The position numbers and the translations under genes were made by a program. Below the pieces are notes generated by a model. It was not told the origin of the DNA, ran no database searches, and saw nothing but the letters and a program-made list of their open reading frames with translations. 64,000 nucleotides of DNA from Candidatus Iainarchaeum sp. Lineage in GTDB: Archaea > Iainarchaeota > Iainarchaeia > Iainarchaeales > JAXPJC01. Location of the stretch: the NCBI GenBank assembly GCA_016187745.1, contig JACPJC010000006.1, positions 104,005 through 168,004 on the forward strand, given 5' to 3'. Below, one piece after another: positions 57,578-64,000 of this stretch; position 1 is the stretch's first letter; each line of letters starts with the position of its first letter.

Positions 57578-59224
57578 ATGGCCGGGGAAGAAAAAAGGGG
57601 CTTGGAGCAGGGCTCTGCGGAATCTGGAAAGAAAAGCGGGCATTTCGACATAGTGGATTTCATTCTGGGGCTTTTGGGGCTGAAAAAGCGCGGCGGGGAA
57701 ATTGGGATAAAGCCCGAAGCGCCCGGGAAAAAGCCCGCAACCCTGCCGGCAATCAAAAGGCCTGCCCGCAGGAAGGCAGGGCAAAAAAAGAAAAAAACAG
57801 GGAAAATCGCGCGCGGGAAAAAGGCAAAAAAAAGAAGGGCTGAAAAATTAATACCGGAAAGGGAAGAGCACAAAACAAGCAGAATTGCAAAGCCGGCTGC
57901 AGGAAGGGAAAAAGCCGGGGGGGTGCCGAAGCTTCCGGAAGCGATAAGGGTCGTTTATGAAAGCGCCGCAAGGGATGAGGGCGCAATTGAGGGGGACATC
58001 TCAACAACAAAAAAGCTGCTTGAGAGGATTGAAAACCAGTTCTTCCGGAGGGAAATAAGCGAGGAGGAATACAGGAAAAGGAAATCCGAACTGGAGGAAA
58101 AACTTTTCGTGCTTGAGGAAAAGCGCAAGGGCCTGCAGAAGAACAGGCTGCAGCTTGCGAAGTATGCGCAGACGCAAAAGGAGGAGGGCAGGGCAAAAAC
58201 CGAAATTGCGCAGATAACCGCAAAAATGCAGGGGCTTGAGCAGGATTTTTCTTCGGGAAAGATAAGCGAGGAAGCTTACGGCGGCACAAAGGCGGCATAT
58301 GAATCAAGGCTTTTTGAGCTGAAGAGAAAGGCCAGGAAAGTTGAGGGGCAGAGAATTTCCGCAGAGAAGGAAGTTCTTGGAGGTTCAGGGAAAAAAGAAG
58401 GGCCAGGCGGGATAATAGCAAAGCCGGGGAAGGGGGCAGGGGCGGAAGAAGGGCCGGCGGGGATGGTTGAGCTTCCGAAGGGAATAACAGCAAAGCCCGG
58501 AGGGAAAATAGAAGTTCCGGAAATGAGGCGCAAGCCGGCGGAGAAGAGACAAAAGCCCGCTGAAAAGGCAGTTCCTGAAACTGAAAAGCCAATTATTGAA
58601 AAGCTCATGGAGGCAAAGGCCTCAGGCACAATAGATGAGGGCAAATTAAAGGAGCTTGAGGGGCACATAAGGGAGCTGATGAAAACTTACAACATCCCTG
58701 AAGGGGAGATTGAAAAGGAAATCGGGGGGATAAGGGCTGACCATGCGCTTGAGGACGCGGAAAAGCTGATTGATTTGATGGAATTGGAGCACAGGGCGCA
58801 GGGGTTGGAGGGAACTGAGCATGAAGAAGCCAAGCGTGAGGAGGCAAAGGCAGTAATAAAGGAAATAAAGAAGCACAGGATTGTAACGGATTTTGACAGG
58901 ATATTGCAGCTTGTGAATGAAAGGGGAAAAATAAAAACTAATGATGCGATCAAGGAACTCGGCATACAGCCGAAGAGGATGGATGAGGTTGTGGAAATAC
59001 TGGAGAGGGAAGGGCTTGTGAAGATTGAGTATTCTGCAGTTGGGAGCGCATGGATTTTCTCCCCGGAATACAAAAAGCCCGTGCAGGAAAAGGGAAAGAA
59101 AAAGGCTGTTGGAGCCGAAGCAAAGCCCGGGGCCGCAAAACCAGAAGTCCAGAAAAAGAAATTCAGCTTTATTGAGGCGCTCAAAATAAGGCGCCCGGAA
59201 AACAAGGAAAGCAAAAAAGCATAA
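57578..59224 (+). CDS. Hypothetical cytoplasmic pilus-locus protein (basic region, coiled coils, SHOCT-like repeats, C-terminal wHTH)
   Basis: ISEEEY/ISEEAY repeats; TDFDRILQLV...ELGI...ILEREGLVKIEY. Confidence 0.75.
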   Translation: MAGEEKRGLEQGSAESGKKSGHFDIVDFILGLLGLKKRGGEIGIKPEAPGKKPATLPAIKRPARRKAGQKKKKTGKIARGKKAKKRRAEKLIPEREEHKTSRIAKPAAGREKAGGVPKLPEAIRVVYESAARDEGAIEGDISTTKKLLERIENQFFRREISEEEYRKRKSELEEKLFVLEEKRKGLQKNRLQLAKYAQTQKEEGRAKTEIAQITAKMQGLEQDFSSGKISEEAYGGTKAAYESRLFELKRKARKVEGQRISAEKEVLGGSGKKEGPGGIIAKPGKGAGAEEGPAGMVELPKGITAKPGGKIEVPEMRRKPAEKRQKPAEKAVPETEKPIIEKLMEAKASGTIDEGKLKELEGHIRELMKTYNIPEGEIEKEIGGIRADHALEDAEKLIDLMELEHRAQGLEGTEHEEAKREEAKAVIKEIKKHRIVTDFDRILQLVNERGKIKTNDAIKELGIQPKRMDEVVEILEREGLVKIEYSAVGSAWIFSPEYKKPVQEKGKKKAVGAEAKPGAAKPEVQKKKFSFIEALKIRRPENKESKKA

Positions 59225-59253
59225 AAGGGAATGACTTAATATTGGGGGATACA

Positions 59254-60816
59254 ATGCCGGGAAAATTCGCATCAAAGAAGCAGAAGGAAAAGCCTGAAAG
59301 GGCAACCGACGGCTTCAGGCGCGTTCTTGAGAGCTACAAGGTTGAAGCGGACAATGTGAAAGTTGAAGTGGACATAGCGGATGACAAGGATTCGTTTGTG
59401 AAGATGTATCTCCTTAACATTCCCGAGTATGGCCCCGGGACGCGCGCGCTGCTTGACAGCCTGAAGGGGAGCATAATCTCCGAGGCAACCATTGAGGCGG
59501 AGAAAATGTTTGATGTGAAGTTTGTTTCCGCGCTTAAGGAAAGGTTCAGCAGGCGCGCTGAATCAATACTGCAGAAGGAGCTCCCCAACATAACCCCCGA
59601 AATAAAAAACACGCTCATAGGGATGCTGCTCCAGGAGATGCTGGGGCTGGGGAGAATTGAGTTCCTTCTCAACGATGCGAATTTGGAGGAAATCGTAATA
59701 AATTCCTCAACAGAGCCCATGTGGGTATACCACAGGAAATACGGCTGGCTCAAAACTAACATCAACATAGACAAGGAAAACGACATCCAGAATTATGCGA
59801 GCATAATCGCAAGAAGGGTTGGAAAGCAGATTACAATCCTTGATCCATTGCTTGATGCGCATCTGATAACAGGGGACAGGGCAAATGCAACGCTCTTCCC
59901 GATATCCGGGAAGGGAAACACGCTTACAATAAGGCGCTTCAGGAGGGAGCCCTGGACAGTTACGGATTTCATAGAAAATGGGACTGCAACAGCGGAGATA
60001 ATGGCGCTTGTATGGACCGCAATGGAGTATGAGCTTAACATGATTGTAAGCGGAGGGACTGCTTCAGGAAAAACCTCATTCCTAAATGTGTGCATGCCTT
60101 TCATACAGCCGAACCACAGGATAATAAGTATCGAGGACACTAGGGAATTAGTTATGCCGGAATTCCTGCACTGGGTCCCATTAACCACAAGGGAGCCTAA
60201 TCCGGAAGGAAAGGGCGGCGTTGCAATGCTTGACCTTCTTGTAAATTCCCTGAGGATGCGCCCGGACAGGATAATTGTCGGGGAGGTAAGAAGGCAGAGG
60301 GAAGCCGAGGTAATGTTCGAGGGAATGCACACAGGGCACAGCGTTTATACTACTGTTCATGCGGACACTGCGGAAGAAACAATACACAGGCTAACAAACC
60401 CCCCGATTTCAATTCCCCCATCAATGCTAACGACAGTGCATTTGAATGTTGTAATGTTCAGGAACAGGAGGCTGGGGGTAAGGCGCATCCTGCAAGTGGC
60501 TGAATATGTTCCCGAAAAGCGCACCGAGGACATTGAAATAGTGAAGCCCAACATACTCTACCGCTGGAAGGCCGCGAATGACATAATTTCCAAGCACTCG
60601 GAGAGCATAAGGCTTTATGACGAGCTTGGCCTCTACACGGGAATGAGCCAGGATGAAATCAACCGCGAGCTGAAGGTGAAGCAGGCGATACTGCGCTGGA
60701 TGGTTGAAAAGAAAATAAATGCGATAGATGATGTGGGGAAGCTTATGGCGCTTTATTACAAGAACCGCGATGAAGTGATAGGCATGGTAAAGGAAAACAA
60801 GAGGCCGGAGCTGTAA
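59254..60816 (+). CDS. Type IV pilus/Tad assembly ATPase (VirB11/CpaF family)
   Basis: GGTASGKT, SIEDTRE, LRMRPDRIIVGEVR, TGH...TVHA. Confidence 0.95.
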   Translation: MPGKFASKKQKEKPERATDGFRRVLESYKVEADNVKVEVDIADDKDSFVKMYLLNIPEYGPGTRALLDSLKGSIISEATIEAEKMFDVKFVSALKERFSRRAESILQKELPNITPEIKNTLIGMLLQEMLGLGRIEFLLNDANLEEIVINSSTEPMWVYHRKYGWLKTNINIDKENDIQNYASIIARRVGKQITILDPLLDAHLITGDRANATLFPISGKGNTLTIRRFRREPWTVTDFIENGTATAEIMALVWTAMEYELNMIVSGGTASGKTSFLNVCMPFIQPNHRIISIEDTRELVMPEFLHWVPLTTREPNPEGKGGVAMLDLLVNSLRMRPDRIIVGEVRRQREAEVMFEGMHTGHSVYTTVHADTAEETIHRLTNPPISIPPSMLTTVHLNVVMFRNRRLGVRRILQVAEYVPEKRTEDIEIVKPNILYRWKAANDIISKHSESIRLYDELGLYTGMSQDEINRELKVKQAILRWMVEKKINAIDDVGKLMALYYKNRDEVIGMVKENKRPEL

Positions 60817-60818
60817 AA

Positions 60819-61706
60819 ATGGCTATGAGGATGGTTCCGTTCAGCCCTGTTCCTGTTGGCGCCCTGAAAAAAATCTCAAGGCCGCTTATGGGCATTGGGG
60901 CGGTATTTGCAAGGGCCTTCCCCTACCTGGAACTGGAGCTTGAGCAGGCCGAAGCCGGAATAGACATTGACGAGTATGGCGCGATAATGATTTTCCTCTT
61001 CTCATTTTATTTCCTGTTCATGGCATTCATCATCTTTGCAGTAGGCACGAAAATGGGGGCGCAGAATGTTCCCATACTTTCGATTACTGCAGGAATGCTG
61101 ATCGCATTTCTTGTGATGATGCAGCTTTCCATCTATCCCAAAATGCTAGTGAGAAAGAAAGTAAGGGACATCGAGAGGAATCTGGTATTTGCGCTGCGCA
61201 CTGTGCTTATTGAAATAAAGTCCGGGGTTTCGCTGTTTGATGCGCTTGTTATGATTGCAAACGGCGAGTATGGGGCATTAAGCTCTGAATTCAAGAGGGC
61301 GGTTGATGAAATTAACACAGGGACAAAAGAGGAGGACGCTTTGCAAAAGCTGGCAATGAACAATCCCTCGCTTTTTTTCAGGCGCTCCCTGTGGCAGATA
61401 GTGAATGGGATGAAGGCCGGGGTTGATGTGAGCAGGGTATTGGCTGAGCTTGTTGCAACAATGACAAAGGAGCAGCGCATACAAATCAACCGCTATGGCT
61501 CGCAGCTCAGGCTCTTTTCCCTGATGTACATGATGCTTGGAGTAATAGTGCCGTCTTTGGGACTGACTTTCCTGATAATACTCTCAAGCTTCCCGCAGAT
61601 TCAGATTACTGAAATTCTCTTCTGGATACTGCTTGTGGTAATTATTTTCGGGCAGCTCATGTATGTGGGGCTTATAAAATCAAGGAGGCCCAATCTCCTG
61701 GGATGA
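60819..61706 (+). CDS. Type IV pilus/Tad membrane platform protein (T2SSF, TadB/C-like)
   Basis: KSGVSLFDAL, YGALSSEF; TM pattern; follows the ATPase. Confidence 0.9.
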   Translation: MAMRMVPFSPVPVGALKKISRPLMGIGAVFARAFPYLELELEQAEAGIDIDEYGAIMIFLFSFYFLFMAFIIFAVGTKMGAQNVPILSITAGMLIAFLVMMQLSIYPKMLVRKKVRDIERNLVFALRTVLIEIKSGVSLFDALVMIANGEYGALSSEFKRAVDEINTGTKEEDALQKLAMNNPSLFFRRSLWQIVNGMKAGVDVSRVLAELVATMTKEQRIQINRYGSQLRLFSLMYMMLGVIVPSLGLTFLIILSSFPQIQITEILFWILLVVIIFGQLMYVGLIKSRRPNLLG

Positions 61707-61712
61707 TGAAGA

Positions 61713-62693
61713 ATGTATAAGAGATTCTCGGCCTTGCTGCCGAAAAGGGTCATTGAGGGGCTGCGCTCCCAGCTGGAGTATCTGAACATAAGCATAAATG
61801 AGAGGAGGTTTGCGGGCTTCCTTATAATTTACTCGCTTGCTCTTAGCTTCGGGATTGCATTCAACCTTGCATTGTTCCTGAGGATTCCGCTCTGGATAGG
61901 GTTTTCTGCCTGCCTTGGCTTTATCATATTGTGCACATATCTCTGGCTGAGCATTGCCGCGGAGGGCAAGGGCAAATTTGTTGAGCGCATACTTCCTGAT
62001 GCGCTGCAGCTGATTGCGAGCAACATGAAATCAGGGCTTACTGCGGAAAGGGCATTGTTCATAAGCGCAAGGCCCGAGTTCGGCCCTTTGGAAAGGGAGC
62101 TGAAAAGGGCAAGCGCGAAAATAATGTCCGGGGAGAGGGTTGAACTTGCCCTTATGGAATTGCCCAAGCGCATAAAATCAAAAGTTCTGGAGCGCACAGT
62201 ATGGCTGATTTCTGAGGGGGTTACCTCAGGCGGGCAGGTTGCGGATTTGCTCCTGCAGCTTTCCGATGACATCCGCGAGCAGAATGCGGTTGAGGAGGAG
62301 ATAAAGGCGAACATAAGCATGTATATTATGCTGATATTCTTCTCAAGCGCGATTGGGGCTCCCGCGCTTTTCGGAATTTCAACATTCATTGTGGAAATAC
62401 TCTCAAAGCACATGACGGGCCTTGCATCGATTCCCTCGGGGGTTAACCTCGGGGTTGCAGGGCAGTTTGTTGGCGGCGGAGGGGGAGGCGCGCTTAACCC
62501 GGAATTCGTCCTGCTGTTTGCCTATATTGCGCTGTTCTTTTCATGCATATTTGCGGGAATGACAATCGGGGTTATAAATTCCGGGAAGGAGAAGAACGGC
62601 GTTAAGTTCATACCATTGCTTCTTGCCATTGCATTCATTGTATTGTTTGCAATAAGAACCCTGCTGCTGTCCTTCTTCGGCGGGATTATGTAA
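61713..62693 (+). CDS. Type IV pilus/Tad membrane platform protein (T2SSF, TadC-like)
   Basis: LPDALQLIASNMKSG, EFGPLE, SGG; multiple TMs. Confidence 0.9.
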   Translation: MYKRFSALLPKRVIEGLRSQLEYLNISINERRFAGFLIIYSLALSFGIAFNLALFLRIPLWIGFSACLGFIILCTYLWLSIAAEGKGKFVERILPDALQLIASNMKSGLTAERALFISARPEFGPLERELKRASAKIMSGERVELALMELPKRIKSKVLERTVWLISEGVTSGGQVADLLLQLSDDIREQNAVEEEIKANISMYIMLIFFSSAIGAPALFGISTFIVEILSKHMTGLASIPSGVNLGVAGQFVGGGGGGALNPEFVLLFAYIALFFSCIFAGMTIGVINSGKEKNGVKFIPLLLAIAFIVLFAIRTLLLSFFGGIM

Positions 62694-62722
62694 TTTGCGC
62701 GGATTGCCAATAAAACACACCA

Positions 62723-63001
62723 TCATTGCTCACTGTACCAATTTTCATACTGCTTATGATTTCCGACAAAGTGTATGTGTTTTGTTCTTGTTTCTTCTTC
62801 CCGCATAAATGCGATTCTGTACTGCCCCACCTCTTCCACCTGATAACTTGAAGAATGCAATCCTCTTGCAGCCAATGGCTGCTTCATTTTTTCGATTTTT
62901 TTAATAATCTGCTGCCTGATTGGTTTGTCAAATTTTCTGAAGTGCATATCCCATCCCGGCTTGAACTTAAGTTTCCATTGCGTCAGGTTCAATGGGCTCA
63001 C
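62723..63001 (-). CDS. RelE/ParE-like toxin
   Basis: FRKFDKPIRQQIIKKI, VGQYRIAF, FVGNH. Confidence 0.8.
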   Translation of the reverse strand: MSPLNLTQWKLKFKPGWDMHFRKFDKPIRQQIIKKIEKMKQPLAARGLHSSSYQVEEVGQYRIAFMREEETRTKHIHFVGNHKQYENWYSEQ

Positions 63002-63246
63002 CTGTACTTTGCCAGTGCTTGCTCTTCCGAGAGATATTTTGTGCCCTTGTTTTTCATTTCTGCTTCTTCTTTTTTAATTCTACGCTCCACTAATTCCAGT
63101 TCAATGTCCTTAATCAGGTTATACTCCTTGTTCAATGCAAAAATGCCCATCCTCAATGCATCTGTCTTAGACCTTGCTAGGCCAAATTCTACAGCCTTTT
63201 CCAGAATCAATTCTGCAATTCCGCTAAATGCGAGTGTCGTCCTCAT
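62998..63246 (-). CDS. Ribbon-helix-helix-like antitoxin
   Basis: GLARSKTDALRMG; ATGA overlap with the toxin; SD GGAGG. ATGCAT-TAATT-ATGCAT palindrome upstream (~63263-63279). Confidence 0.75.
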   Translation of the reverse strand: MRTTLAFSGIAELILEKAVEFGLARSKTDALRMGIFALNKEYNLIKDIELELVERRIKKEEAEMKNKGTKYLSEEQALAKYR

Positions 63247-63342
63247 AATTAACCCTCCAATTATGCATTAATTATGCATCAAACACTATATAAAAATATG
63301 TTTGGCATTTGTGCATACCGCTATGCGGCAAATTGCGCATAT

Positions 63343-64000
63343 TCACGAATAGGTGATTACAACGCTGTTTATTGTTGGGGTTGAGGCTGCGGCATTCGTG
63401 TCCAGGAAGGCCCTGTACTGCGCCCATTGCTTATTGTCAAGGGCTGAATTTATTGCGCTGTTCTGCGTTGTGTAGTAGTCCCCTGCGCCTGTCGGGCCGA
63501 GCCATTGCGCGGAATTCAGGTCCTGCAGGGAATTCCCGGAACGCATCTGGAATTTCAATCCTGTTCCTGTTGGAAGCGAAGCATTCCAGGTTATTGTGCG
63601 CAAATCCCTTGGAGAGGCCAAATCAAACGGCGCTGAAGCAAAGGTGCCTGATGGGGAATAGGTTGGAACGTCCATATGGATATTGTCAAGCCATATTTTG
63701 CTGTAGCCTCCCGAACAGGCATATGCGAAGAAATAAAGCTTAAGCGTGCTTCCAAGGGTTATGCCTGTGGGATTTCCCTGATAGTCAAATGCGGGATTCA
63801 GTGAAACTGAATTGAAAGAAGGAAAATCAACATCCTGCTGCCTGTAGAGAAGCGAGCTCCCTGCCTGAACATAAATTGAGCCGTTCGCATTGTTGTCTGC
63901 CTTTATGTCAAATGTAATGCTGCCTGTTATTTCCTTGTCCATGCTTGCAATGCTCCCCGCGCAGTGGCTTTGCGGCGTGCAGCAGTTTGTGTACAAATAC
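63343..64000 (-). CDS. C-terminal part of a surface protein (starts beyond the window), same terminal scaffold domain as 18846..24293
   Basis: SGTFASAPFD...ITW...LKFQMRS...W...DYYT...QWAQYRAFL...TPTINSVVITYS. Confidence 0.8.
   Translation of the reverse strand, partial: YLYTNCCTPQSHCAGSIASMDKEITGSITFDIKADNNANGSIYVQAGSSLLYRQQDVDFPSFNSVSLNPAFDYQGNPTGITLGSTLKLYFFAYACSGGYSKIWLDNIHMDVPTYSPSGTFASAPFDLASPRDLRTITWNASLPTGTGLKFQMRSGNSLQDLNSAQWLGPTGAGDYYTTQNSAINSALDNKQWAQYRAFLDTNAAASTPTINSVVITYS

Noticed and set aside
57753-59305. Several long minus-strand ORFs
   Set aside because: Antisense shadows of the purine-rich 57578..59224 gene, with Phe/Leu/Ser/Pro-biased composition.
53830-62693. Archaellum operon
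   Set aside because: No archaellin, FlaH or FlaF/G; two separate T2SSF genes fit a Tad-like pilus.
63296-63342. Imperfect inverted repeat after the 63343 gene
   Set aside because: Unrelated to the hairpin element and plausibly a terminator or chance in TTGC/GCAA-rich DNA.

Overview
Gene-dense archaeal chromosome segment. PolD DP1/DP2, Cdc6, Hel308, aCPSF1, proteasome beta, NAC, SepF, Taw1 and a geranylgeranyl reductase are present. The compact layout and many 'GQxxxE' pilin-like proteins suggest a DPANN lineage, probably Diapherotrites/Iainarchaeota-like (inference). Housekeeping genes are interleaved with surface-protein genes, three toxin-antitoxin pairs and a type IV/Tad pilus operon. Strongest leads: (1) A pilin-anchored modular adhesin family, including an ~1815-aa member in which five LamG cassettes are inserted inside other domains rather than between them. 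(2) A small hairpin element (GGWAGGTATCGGAA(A)C-loop-G(T)TTCTGAT) found as tandem pairs at two sites 40 kb apart. Each pair is bracketed by a long duplication of the local sequence, and the stems show compensatory changes. One site forms a translationally coupled 39-aa mini-ORF inside the pilus operon. (3) Two acylphosphatase-domain proteins with independently expanded helical repeat tails. (4) Non-canonical PolD motifs. (5) A set of very basic ORFan enzymes with Arg/Lys-rich leaders. No rRNA, tRNA, CRISPR array, transposase or reverse transcriptase was recognised. All calls are by eye from motifs; no database searches were run.
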